Below, piece after piece: positions 34,694-46,980 of a stretch of 64,000 bases of DNA. Source of the stretch: Xylographa opegraphella (Eukaryota); contig JALDZX010000042.1 in assembly GCA_022813865.1 (NCBI GenBank), positions 62,001 to 126,000 of the forward strand. The letters are read 5' to 3'. A program made the translations under genes and the position numbers. How positions within the stretch are numbered: the stretch's first letter is position 1; each line of letters opens with the position of its first letter. The notes below the pieces were generated by a model. That model was not told the DNA's origin. It did not search any database and worked only from the letters and a program-made list of their open reading frames with translations.

Positions 34694-37600
34694 GAACGAC
34701 GTGCCGGATCCCCCTGACCGACTACTGGATCAATAAAGCCATATCAACAACCCATCATTATTATTGCGTTCTTGATTTGTGCTCTTGTCATCTCGCTTCC
34801 ACCGAGTTCGAGACAAGGTTGGTCTCTCGGCCGGCATAAGTGCCTCGTATCGGCTAGGGAACAGAGCACTGCCAAGACATTAGGGTCTGGCGTATTGGTA
34901 GATCATCTTTTGTGTTTTCGCAACGATCGGAGGAAATTCTGCTGTGAAGAGAGAGTAGAACAAATCACGTGTACATTATATCGAGCTGAGTAGATCGCGC
35001 GAGGCATGCGTTTGGAAGTGATAGTGGCGTTTCAAGGCGGGCCAGAGCCATCCAACTCATATTCTCCTGAACGACTTCCATCACGGCACTAATATTGGGA
35101 AGCCTTCTCTGGCAAAGAAACAACGACTGTCTTCTGCTTCTTTATGTTGTACTGGATCTGATGTCTGTGATTGGGCTTCCTTGTCCTCATGCTATGGCAC
35201 TTGTTGGCCAATCGACCTCTCATGGGAAACGCAATAGGTCGAGAAGACTGGGGGGTGATTCCATAACATGATCAGTCCAACAGGCCAACAAGGAAGACCA
35301 TCTGTTCTTCAGAAAATACAATACGTTCTTCGCGGGTTTCAACTAAGCAGCAAAGGTTTCCCGTCGACAACAGAAAACTTTCTCGATCTTTCTCTCACCG
35401 GTTACACAGGGCTCGACAAACCCTTGATTGTACACGCGCAATCAAATATCAATTCCAAGACCTTCTCATGGCCCTGAATACGACCAATTTGACGGATTGT
35501 TGAGAAATTGACTTAATCAATACACAATATCTCAGGAAGGTTCTCCAATGGTGAATACGACGCAGATTACTAGCAGCGAATCACAATAACAGATGATCTC
35601 AACAGATAATTACCAAACATCCAGAGTACATGCGAAGGCTACATACTGTTCTTACAATTCAAATTAGGTTGCCGATTCGGCCACAAGCTTTGCATAGCAT
35701 GACCTAACATAAACCTTGTGTTTGGTATCATGGCTATGGAGTGATCATCGAATACCAAGTACTTACAGCAGGTGAATCAAAAGCCGATAGTGCTGAAATG
35801 CTATTAGGGAGCGCATCGTCGAGTTTGATGGGCTATATTCAGCACTGAGTGCAGGGTCATGTGTCAACAGTTCACGCACGCACACAAAGAACATCTCGAC
35901 TGTTCAAGCACCATTTCCCAGAATGTGGCTGAGGTTTCGGAAGCAGATATATCAATCGGCGGCATGAACTTGAGGAGAGCATTACTGCGCCTGGGAAAAA
36001 GGAAAATAAGTCAGCAGCTTCAGTTCGTTGAACAATGGTCCTCCTTCAACCACGCCAACTCTGTCTCGGCTCTATGAACCTTGACAGCCAGGCCTCGTTT
36101 CCTCCACAACTCCTCACAGCTCGAGCTCCTACTTCATTTATCGCAAGTTAATATCCACTTATCGACTGCTCAATTCACTTTCCCAAGTCGAACACTAACA
36201 TCTGCCTTGTAGTTCACAGGAAAGATCACCATCATTCGTAGTATGCACAACCGCAGCACGCCCAGTCTCCGCCACATGGCTCCACTTGCCGTGGGCTCAT
36301 CAACCCATAACATTAATGAACCGCCAATAGCCTCGGATGAGAGGTCCTACCCCATGGTCTCCGCACTCAAAGCGACAAAATTTATGGTACGTACAGTGAT
36401 CTTCCGTATAGCCGTCCGAGCAGACTCGTTCCTCGCGTATGAAGCACGGCCAGTTGCGCATGACTTGGGTCAGGAGTCTCCGCAGGTGCTGGAAGTACTA
36501 CCTTCGGCCATCGTCGCCCGTGCTCGACATTTGGTGGCGAAGATGCGAGATCGACAGCTGGGCGATAGACGTTCCGCGGCCATGGCCAGTGCGATATCTG
36601 CGTCGGCTCGCAATGGCGGGCCATGACCGCCTATCTTGTACGAAGCCGAGGTGTGGCAGATCACGAGATGGTAGATCTCCTCGTGCGGCTGATCGATTGC
36701 TGCGCTTCAGACCCGTGCAGGCGCAATAGCTGATGAGAGGTGGTTTGTCCTGCTGAGAATAAGGACTCTCCAGATCTTTGCCAAATTGGAGTCCAACGAC
36801 CTTGGAGCGGTTTATTGGATTGGCGGTGTCAGAATGCGCGTTCTGCGTTTCGTGGTGGTTCGTCGGCAGATCGAGGACCTACTAGCAAGTGTCGTTGCGG
36901 AAGTCACGCGGGAGCTCAATAAAGCAAGGACTCAAACAGGATGATATGGGAGCTGTAGACAGACCGGGGGGAGGTTCCGGTCATGAACTCCTAGCGTCCC
37001 TGCTATTCATATTGCAACTACACAATGTGCCTGGTGCGAGGAAAAACCAAGCAGAATAGAACTCATACGATAATCAAGCGGAAGGAGTACAAATATCCAA
37101 GGCCGACTGAACGCCTGAGGAAGCACCAAGAATTCATGGACGAGCGGTTGGACCGACAATGCTTACAGGGAATTCGACCAGCCAGCAGCGGTATAGTGGA
37201 AGGATCTCACCTGACGACAGGATTACGGAGGACGCGCACAGCTTATTCTCCGTTCACTCCCTGGTCTCACATACGTTTTCTCAAGGGAACAAGATCTTCC
37301 ACACCGTTCTCCACCCCTCTGAAGAACCATGCCATTGAAAATATACTGCAATATACTCGCCCGACAACCCACAACAGCTGGCTTCTCTACGCCTCTTAGA
37401 CCTCCGAGCCCACCATCTTCTCCTGCGCTACAGCGTACCGATATTCCTGTCGCATTCTTCATGCTAAGGCCCCAGTCGTCAACTCCTCCCATACTCACCT
37501 TGTACAAGTCAACATCGTAGCCCAGCGAATAAATTCCCAAATATTTATCTCATGCCAGCTGCAGCCAGCCTGTCCGACTTTCCGCATTCACCATGTCTGC

Positions 37601-38824
37601 ACAGAACGAAATAGCCCGATCTTCAGATTTCTCTGCGATTGTCATAGGCGGTTGAGGCCTGCGGCGTTGTCTTCGCGGCAAATCCCGCGCAGCCTTGTGG
37701 TTTGCGCCTTCGCATGCCTTCGAATTGAAACCGCTTCGCATGCTAGTGAATACCAGCCCTCTTCGCATGTCAGTGAGCACCAGCAATGGATCTCAAATCT
37801 AACGACTAGATCTCATGTCGTCTTTTCGGCGGATGGAGAGATCTCTTTTGTGTCCTTACGGGTTCCCCATTTCCTTTCCTGATAGACAGAAAGCAGGAGC
37901 AGGTAGAGATTGAGCGTCTTGGATATCGCTCTCTCCGTCTGTTAACATTCCGGTTCTGCCTCGTGCTCTATCATCCTCACCACCGCAGATTTATACACAA
38001 GGAGAAAGGGCGCAGCAGCATGGTGCGTGTCTGCGGCAATACCGAGTGGTTCCTGGGCTATTGTGCCCCCGCCGGCTCGTGTCCCATGTGTGAGATTCCC
38101 CATCGTGGGTTATTGCTCGGATCATATTTTGCCATGTTCGAGCACCGCGCCTGCCCAATGCAGCTACTCGTGAGCTTGGTCTGGGATAATAGACTTGTTA
38201 AGTGTGTTGTCGACTGCTTTTCTTACGCTGGCTGGCCATCATAAGAGCACCGGTGCGTTTCTTGAAAGAATGCGGCTGTGCCGCTGTTACTGTGGTGGTG
38301 AAATAAGAGGTGAGTTTGATCCAGGGGCTTAGGATCTTTCCTGGGGCATGTGGTGGAATGTCGGGGTCGAAGTGGATCCGCATCTTACAGGATGAGCATC
38401 TGGAGCCGTAGGATGGGGGTTGGTTTCGGTTTCCAACCCACGTTGCCCGGGACGGGATCGCACTTGAACTCAGGCCGTTTGTCATTCGTGGATCCCAAAG
38501 AAAAAGAGAGTGGCAAGAAATTCTATACGGACATCTCCATTGTCCATAGATACGTAGCAGACGCTAGTATAGAGTATCTCTGAACTGAGAGATGATATCT
38601 TAAATATACCGATTTTTATTCTGTACAGAAATTCTTCTGCAGCATGGCAGTTAGGCTGAATGATCGGGTAGGATTTTGGAAACAGAAAAACTTGGCCAAT
38701 GAGACACAATGGAACAATGCGTGCATATCATAATTCATAAGATTAAGGCTGCCCCGCTTGCAAACCCTAGGTAACGCTGTACACCGAAATGAACGCTCAA
38801 CGTGGATATCAATGTTACAACCAA

Positions 38825-39745
38825 TCACAAAAGACTCTGTCGAGGGGCCAGCTCGCTGGCTGGTAAAACCCGTCCATCCGCATCTCGCACCACTTGATCC
38901 CTCCCCTTCATTAAGCGTCGATCTTCCTCTATTTTCCACCTTGTATGCCGAGCTCGCTCTTCTTCTGGATTATCATAGTAGTGCTCCGACAGTAATTGCT
39001 GTCGGTCGTGTGACAGATTCCTTGCTCTCACCTCGTCGCCTACCTCTTCTTCGTCCTCGTCCGAGTCTGATGCATATGCGTCGCCTGTCCCAGTTACGCC
39101 GCACTCGCCATTCGCACCACTACCGCCGCGCTTAGCTCCCATTCCGCCCATGTCGAATGTATTGTGTGCTTCACTCACACCAATCCACTCTTTCGGCACA
39201 AGGCATGGCAAGACAACTCCAATTCTTGATGCTCGATTGATCCATGACGGTGTTACTTGTCCCGTCAAAATCTTACACATGTACGATGTGAAGTGGTTGC
39301 AGTTGTTGGTGAGAAGGTTGTAGTTTTCACCGATGAATTGCGTGCTCGCATTCCGTAAGAGCTGTTCAATCTCCTTCGCGGACAAGTACGTAAAACCTTG
39401 GAGATGAGTAAGGCGGTGAGTCCCACCTGGTGGAAGTGTGAGGGGTGGGGTATGGTAGATGCCTGTTTGCGGCTGTGAAGGATTGTTCAATGTGGTAGCA
39501 CCGTAGGCGTATTCCCTATCCAGAAGGACAATACCGGTGTGTAGCAGAGAGAGGCCAAGTGGCCACAAAATAGTAGAAAGTGTACCGGATGGCATAAGGT
39601 CGTAAACGTTGATATAGACTGGGATCTTGGGACGCGAGGTAGTTCGAGAGAGTGCAGGACGATGGGTGGAATTGGATGAAGATGCGGAGGATTGGCGTGT
39701 ATGATTGGAGGGTCTGCGAGACTTTTGCGTCGTAGAAGAAGGCAT
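38825..39745 (-). CDS. PPPDE/DeSI family (DUF862) deSUMOylating/deubiquitinating cysteine peptidase
   Basis: VYINVYDL, LLHTGIVL..REYAYG (catalytic His), YNLLTNNCNHF (catalytic Cys), PSWINRA. ATG at 39745. Confidence 0.92.
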   Translation of the reverse strand: MPSSTTQKSRRPSNHTRQSSASSSNSTHRPALSRTTSRPKIPVYINVYDLMPSGTLSTILWPLGLSLLHTGIVLLDREYAYGATTLNNPSQPQTGIYHTPPLTLPPGGTHRLTHLQGFTYLSAKEIEQLLRNASTQFIGENYNLLTNNCNHFTSYMCKILTGQVTPSWINRASRIGVVLPCLVPKEWIGVSEAHNTFDMGGMGAKRGGSGANGECGVTGTGDAYASDSDEDEEEVGDEVRARNLSHDRQQLLSEHYYDNPEEERARHTRWKIEEDRRLMKGRDQVVRDADGRVLPASELAPRQSLL

Positions 39746-40216
39746 GGCTGTCAGAAGAAACAAGGTGAATTGGGATAGCGAAGTATAGAAATCGTTCCTG
39801 CCCTTGTGCCGAGATGTAGAGCTTCAATTAAGAATAGCCAGTTAGACTAGAGTACCAGAGCGGAGACTAATGTGAGCGAGTGCAAGGCGGAGAACAACAG
39901 CCAGAACATAAAGATACATTCATTGTCGCTGTTGCAACAAGGGTACGGAGAGTGAAACGTCGAACGGAAAATGAGGGGGAAGATGGAGTTTGCGCCTGAA
40001 CTGGAGTGGAGTTGGCGGTCCTATCTGAGAGAGTCATGGCGTTCTGATCACGTGCTACCAGTAGATAGATGCAGTGTGGCGCTTCTGTGGCTTTGAGCGG
40101 CCCGACGTACAGCCGCTAAGTCAGGCTTTTCGACAGGGCTGCTTCTCATCCACAACCGCGTGTCATTAAGGCAAGATACGGAGGGCAGTTTCCACCTTGC
40201 GTGGAGACCCAAGATT

Positions 40217-42146
40217 ATGGATCCAAATCTCTATCTCATTCGTCTGGCACAGTTTCATCCCTCTTTCCGCAAGCCCGAGCTTGAGGCATTGGCGCAACTG
40301 GCAAGGGTGAAATTGGAATTCGTACGGTATAGCGAGTATGTATGTCCGCAGATTTAGCCTCGATATTTGCTGCAACAGTCGTACGTGATTTCTGAGATTC
40401 TGGTGGAGCTTGTGACTTGCCGTGTACATTTTATTCCCATTGGGTTGTTGCTCTATTGCGCACCCGCAAAGTCAATATACAGTAACGGAAATTATGCTGT
40501 TGCCCTTGAGTGGATTTGTGTACCCTATACTATACACTTGGTTGGATTTCTTCTATTCTCGTGGTTGTGTGTCTCTTTCTGCTTTTCGACGGTGCTCCTC
40601 TTCACTAATGATTCATTCCCAGTCCCCTTATTGCATTGTACGGATACCCACCATCTCAGCGGCTTCCACACTCCTCACTCGATCGATCCTCAGCAAAGCG
40701 ATATACCATCTCTGGGCTTCCGCTACCACATATAGCGCTCTGCACAGTATAGTTCGTACGCAAAGCAGCCATCTCTGGCCGCTTTACGAAAATTCTTCCT
40801 TTAAATTCACCGTAGATGTTTTCAATAGCTCTCTTAGCGAGGCTGACCAGAAAGACATCGTCAATGAATTCGCCTATCTTCCTTTCAATGGCCGTGTGGC
40901 AATGAAGAACCCAGACGAAGAATTTGTCGTTTGTCAAGACCATGAGCATGGTGCAGGGGCCACGACACTGACGCCAAAGACGATTTACTTCGGCCGACTT
41001 GTTGGAAGAGGCGGAAGAAAGGCAGTCGATACGTATTCGTTGAAGAAACGAGCTTATATCAGCACTACGAGTATGGACGCTGAGCTTGCGCTGTTGACAG
41101 CGAATCTCACTCTCGCGGCGCCAGGGAAGTTGTTTTATGATCCCTTTGTAGGGACTGGAAGCATTGTGATTGCATGTGCGCATTATGGAGCAATGGCCAT
41201 GGGTAGCGATCTTGATGGAAGAGCGGTTAGGGGAAAGGGGGGAAAAGGGGTTGGGTGGAGTTTCGGCGAATATGGTTTAGGTGGACGCTGGCTTGATGCC
41301 CTGATCGGAGATATCACATTTAGCCCACTGAGAGGTGCAGACGGTGAACGTGATTACACCAACGTGTGGAGAAAAGGCGGTCTACTCGATGGAATAGTAT
41401 GTGACCCTCCATATGGAGTTCGAGAGGGATTGAAAGTTTTGGGAAGTCGGGATGGCAGCGGAAAAGAGATTGTGTGGATCGATGGTAAAATGGCACATTT
41501 GTATGTGGTAGCTGTCCTTGCTTGGCTGAGCTGGTCAAATCCTGGCATGGTATCGATCGTTGACAACTCCACTCAGGCAGGACAAGTACATCCCACCCAA
41601 ACGTCCTTACAGCTTCGAGGCTCTCTTGTCCGATATCCTTGAATTTGCGGCAAACATGCTGGTTGAGAATGGACGACTGGGGCTGTGGATGCCAACAGCC
41701 AACGACGAGGAAGTCGAGTTGGCTATACCGGAGCATCCTGTGCTGGAAGTCGAGAGCTCGTGTGTACAACCCTTTCACAAATGTAAGACTCACATCCCTT
41801 CACGACTTATTAAGCATTCAATACTCTTGGGCTATCATGTTAAGAAAACGGGCCTAACGCTTACCGCTCCACAGGGTCCAGAAGACTTTTGACATATCGG
41901 AGGAAGCTTAAAAGCGAGATCATATACAGCGAAAGAGCAGAAGAGAAGTCAGTTCAGGCAACTAACGGAGTCAGCGCAAACGATCTAAACAAGTTCAGAA
42001 AACGGGTTCGTAAATAGCCATCTCCTCGAAATTTAGCTATCGAGAGCGCCGCTAATTTCTGCATACAGTATTTTCAAAGTTTTAAGCCTGCAGCAGAGTA
42101 TACCTCTACTGATAGATTAAATGCTCTAGTCCATGAGAAACAATAA
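40217..42146 (+). CDS. TRM11: tRNA m2G10 methyltransferase Trm11, 5 exons
   Basis: YLIRLAQFHPSFRKPELEAL, LKKRAYISTTSMDAELAL, YDPFVGTGS, IVCDPPYGVREG, YIPPKRPYSF, ANDLNKFRKRYF. Confidence 0.93.
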
Positions 42147-42272
42147 TCATACCTAGACTTCCAGATGCATTGATGCTGTTCATGACTTTCCGTTTATCCA
42201 TTATCCCCATATATAATATATCTTACTACGGACACAGACCCCTCTCTACTTTGATCATCCACACCCAACAGC

Positions 42273-43037
42273 CTATAGCTTATATTCCCTTTTCAGGCCC
42301 TGCTCACCAAATAGCAGCCTCAAACCCTCGTCCCCTTCTCTCCGTCTAACTCGCTCTATCTCCTTTGCCAGCTGTTTTCGCATACCGTCGATCAGGATCT
42401 CAGCATCTTCGTCGTCTAGCTCCTCTCTCTGACCTTTCCCAAATATGGTCCAGCTCCTATTCTTGATCTCCGGAACGTCGCCTGGACGGGGGATGATATG
42501 AAAATGCACGTGAGGTACAACCTGTGCGGCCCGCGCTCCTGTAATCTTGGCTCAGCAACATATTGGGGAAAGGACATGATGTCAGGCAGGTTCGGAGGAG
42601 GTGCCCCTACCATTATTCTGCACCACATTCCAATCTCCTACCGCATCCTCCTCTGCCCCTGTTTCCACACCTCGCGCTTTCGTTCCGCCCATGTCTTGCT
42701 CCTTTCCCAGCACGCTGGTGATTACCGCTCTACATAAGATCCCTATCCACGCCCCCACTGCTCGGCCCTCCTCTACACTTACATCGCTCAGCTTCTCGCG
42801 ATGCTGCCTTGTTGCAATCAGCACGTGCCCCCGCGATATCGGGGCATGGTCAAGGAAAGCGACAAGATAGGGCGTGGAGAGGAGGACGCGAGCAAGCGGC
42901 GGGTTGGGAAGAGAGCCAGTCACGGTGGGGGTGGTGGTTGCTCTTGAGGGGGGCGCGGATGTGGAGGAGGAAGGAGGATAGGCGGCGGCGATAGCGCAGA
43001 AAGGGCAGGAAGGTATCGAGTGTGGCGGGAGAGGCAT
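42273..43037 (-). CDS. HIT-family (Hint/Hnt1-like) nucleotide hydrolase, 2 exons
   Basis: CPFCAIA, AFLDHAPISRGHVLI, WNVVQNNG|ARAAQVVPHVHFHIIPR (histidine triad). Confidence 0.92.
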
Positions 43038-43644
43038 TGCGATGCCAATGAATTGGAAGAGTTGGGGAGGTGAGACTGGCTGGCGACCAGCTAATTGTCG
43101 GCTCGAGGGATCATGTTGCGAGGCCGGGTTGTTTCATTGTCAACAATGACGTGAATAGGAACAGGGTGGGTATTCTGCACGCTGTGACAGGACCCTAGCG
43201 TCTCTTTCACATAGCATTGTACCTTTCGCGAGATAAGATCATATCCGGTGGTTACCAGGATGTGATGCTATCTGCTTCTCGATAGGACAATTCCTATGTC
43301 CAAGCAGCTCGCGAAAGGATCTGTCTTGAATCCTCCGTTTCGCATACCTCCTTCAGCTTTGACCCAGCCGTGATGGATTGTCATTTGAGCAAACACCGGG
43401 CCTATGCACCTTTCAACTCGAGCCTGTGTCAGGCAACCCGAGGTATCCAAGCACAGAATGTTTATCTCATGTAGGAATAGTATACTTGTGAATGAGTAAC
43501 ACATCTTATCACTGTTTTCGTGCTGTAGCATGCCGCCATGTGGATCTCGTTATGCCCTGCATTACTTCGTGACATGCTTGTACTTTGACTTTGTCTTCTG
43601 TCTTGCATTTCGGTCGTTATTGGGAACGTTGCTTTCTCTTTATA

Positions 43645-44680
43645 ATGGTAAGAAATCTACTAGCTGTTCGAATCTCAGGCCGTGATCGAGACATCGAGAA
43701 AGTTCTGAATAGGAAGCCGCGAACACAATACGGCTCGAGTTATGGGCCTCTGTAATTATTTCACTTTTCATTTAACATAACCACCTACTAACCATGCTAG
43801 ATCGACTCGAAATAGGGCACAATCGCCTTTGCTTCGGTTACCGTGTGAAGTCCTCAGGATAATATGGAGATACCTTCTTGGGGACAACGTCATTCATCTA
43901 ATAGATACTGAAAAGGTAGCTACATGGCGAGATGGTCAAAGCAGAGTGATCCCAGGTCATGTGATTTGTGGAGTGGACAGTGGCCGTACCGCAAGTCATG
44001 AGGAGTGTTTAGGTCACATCTATTGCACCCCCGTCACACCAGACTACAAGCACTGCGAGGAATGTGCTACCGGTTTCAACTTCCAGCAAGTTGACTTGAG
44101 AGCTCTTCGTGTATGCTCTGACATTTACCTTGGAGCCAGTGAAGCTCTTATGTCGACCAATACATTTTACTTCGACTACAACTTCCGGATAGATGTGTTG
44201 AAAGGTCTCTGGGGTGCCAAGTATTCAACGGCAATGAAGCGCGTACGTCTGACACTGCCGATAAACTGGAGGTACTCGTTGGAAGTTCGTCGACTCCTAG
44301 ACATGGCAAAGATGCTCCATAGCTGTCAGGATCTCCAGATCAATCTGCACCAGAATTCCTGGCTGCCCGACTATTACCGTTATCAGTTTTTGGTTGGGCC
44401 TTTCGGCATCTCTCACTTTAAGCTGCTGTTTACCGAGCTTCGCTACCTCCTGGCATGCTCTAATTTCGACGATGTGGAAGTCATTCTATATCAAGACTCG
44501 TCCTTGGGGCCGGAGAACCTCCCTGCTACATGTAGGCACCAATATGAACCCGCAGAGTTACTACAGGTCAAACAGTTCGAGCGACTACTCCAGTGGTCGT
44601 ACGAGGACGCGACTTTAGTCAATGAGCATGTAAAAGCACTGATGGATGGAGAGCCACGTCCAGGTACGACTTACGAATAA
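43645..44680 (+). CDS. Hypothetical protein with an F-box-like SPLLRLP motif, 2 exons
   Basis: Exon 1 43645-43751, intron 43752-43800, then RNRAQSPLLRLPCEVLRIIWRYLLG...LRVCSDIYLGASEALMSTNTFYF, a pattern typical of expanded Pezizomycotina F-box-like families. Confidence 0.75.
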
Positions 44681-45231
44681 CGAAATCATGAACAAAAACG
44701 GCTTACAGACACTCAGAATCATATATTAGGCAAGATCAAGATAGAGAAAAAGTGAGACTTGCGGATGATTGCTATTCGACTCCTTTGGCATTGGTACGCT
44801 CTCTGGGCAGGTTCAAGGATGACTTCAGGAAACAGCTCACTGCGTATTGGAAATATCTGCGAGGCATGCCTTTAGAGAAACGGTACAGGTGACGACGTCA
44901 TGATATCGTTGTATATGTACGTTGAAGAAGTATATGGATGATATGCGGTCGAGGATGATCTAGATCATTCCTTCACCGATTATGTAGTGCAGATGCTCTA
45001 TATTGCTCTTCTATACATGATACCGTGCTCGTAGCTCCGAAATCCAATCGATGGTTCGCATTCCTGAAGGTCACGGAAGTCCCATTAACTTCGAATGAGC
45101 TAAGTCTCCGAAATCTCTGCCTGCCTAACAAACCAAGACCGCAGCCACTCCACTCAAAGCGCCATAGCGCCTGTCGGTTTTCGACTGCAGATTTATAACT
45201 CCCTGTAGCAACCCATTGACAAAGCGCTCGA

Positions 45232-46980
45232 TTATACTACCTTCGCCTTAAATGTAAAGCGAGATGGGTAACCTTCACACAGTTCCACGTCAACCTTTTG
45301 TGATGGTGGTATCATTTCATGTGTCAGCTCCCAGCCGGCACGTCTGCAGAGCTCCGCCACTACCACATCGCAGTCCCCCAACATTTCGATATCGAAATCC
45401 ACATGAAGGCAAGGCTACTGTGTGATCAGTGATTCAGCTTTCTTGCTGTCGAATGATAGCAACCTACATCTCGGGATATGAACATTTGCGGTACATGAGA
45501 GGGTAAAAAGCCCACAACTTCGGAGACAGGTGCCACTTTCAGCGACGTTCCTATAACGATGACGAGGTCAACTATAAATCGGTCGTGGACACATAGGCGC
45601 TCATGGAATCCAGAAGGCAGGCTTTCGCCAAAAAAAGTAATATCGGGCTGCTTAGTATTAGCACTGCCATGAGGGAGTCCAAAAGTTGGCCATGGATACC
45701 TTCATAACACCTGCAGCAGCAATGTCGTAGTCATCGTCGTCGGAACTGTCCTGGTGGTCTCCTTTCCTTCGCTGCCGACTGTGAGACTTGCCGTTCGCAC
45801 TTCGTTTTCGTTTCATGCCGGAAGCTCTATCTGGCTGAAGCCGGCGTATACATCGTCCACAACGTGCCACTTGTCCAGCCTTGATTTCCTTGTAGATCTC
45901 CTCGCACTTGACTTTGTATTTACACTCCAGGCACGATGCGGTGGCAAATGAGCCATGACACTGAATAAGCTTTTCTGTACGAATCCCAGCATGGCCCTCA
46001 AGGTTGTCTATGTTTTGCGTGTAGTTAGTCAAAAGTTTATCTTTCTCTTGTAGTAAACGGATGAAAGCATGAGTGGGCGAGTAGCGACTCGTCGAGGGTA
46101 AGATGTCCTTCGCAACCGAGTAGAATTTTGAGGGGTCTTCGCGGAAGTTCTCGATGTCAAAAACCTCTTGAGGGTCGCTGTAGCCAAGGTGCTGCAGTTG
46201 AGAGTAGAATCCTGTATTCTTAGAACGGAAGTCCGGTATCCCAAGGCTTGTGGATATCTGCTCACATGTCAGACCTGGTATACAAGTTGGTAAATACGAG
46301 AGCAGACTCCTGCTCCAGTAAGGACAATAATGTTCTTCGAGCTCTTTAACAAAGAGACAGCGTCATCTATGGTGTTGTATTGTGGTAACTTGGCCCGTTT
46401 CTGTAGTTCTCGTGTAATACCGAGGCCGAGAAGTCGATAGTAAGCTATCTGTGTATTTTCAGTGGTTGCAAACAAGGACAAGAATAGTTGGGGTTGAAGT
46501 GTACATCTGGGAGACCCTCCAGGAAAGCTGGCGGCCGAATGTTGAAGGCAGTGCATAGTTTCTTGGCAGTGATTGTCTTCGCTTCGATGGTCTCGATGAT
46601 AAATTGATCATCTCCTACCAACCGTAGCCTCTTCCTGTAGGCAATGGCTTCCTCCAGCGTGCAGAGTTCGTAAGCTTGACTAAGGTTAGCCATGAGACTT
46701 GAGTGACATAAATCACCGAGTTCAGGAACCGCATACGGTGGTCCAATCCGTCATGTTTAATAGCTCCATCCAGAGCATCCTCATATAGGGATTCTGAATC
46801 CCACTCCTCGTCGTCCGTCGCCTCACTTTCCTGACCCGTTGAGGCGCGTTTTTGATCCGCGGCCGGCTCAACAAGAGCTGCTTGGGCGAGCTTTGCAGAG
46901 CTCTCCAGGTCGACACCTCCTGTCACGACGCCCTTGACCGCCACTTCTTGCTTGACCTCCTGGCTGGCAGCCATATTCAT
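45232..46980 (-). CDS. SIR2: NAD-dependent deacetylase Sir2/Hst1, 6 exons
   Basis: [75 protein letters not shown]. Stop at 45232. Confidence 0.93.

Noticed and set aside
35000..36730. Ankyrin-like GHEKVLELIF fragment (- strand, about 35450) and the 127-aa ORF at 36243
   Set aside because: A single short match surrounded by stops, and the ORF has no motif or convincing gene structure.
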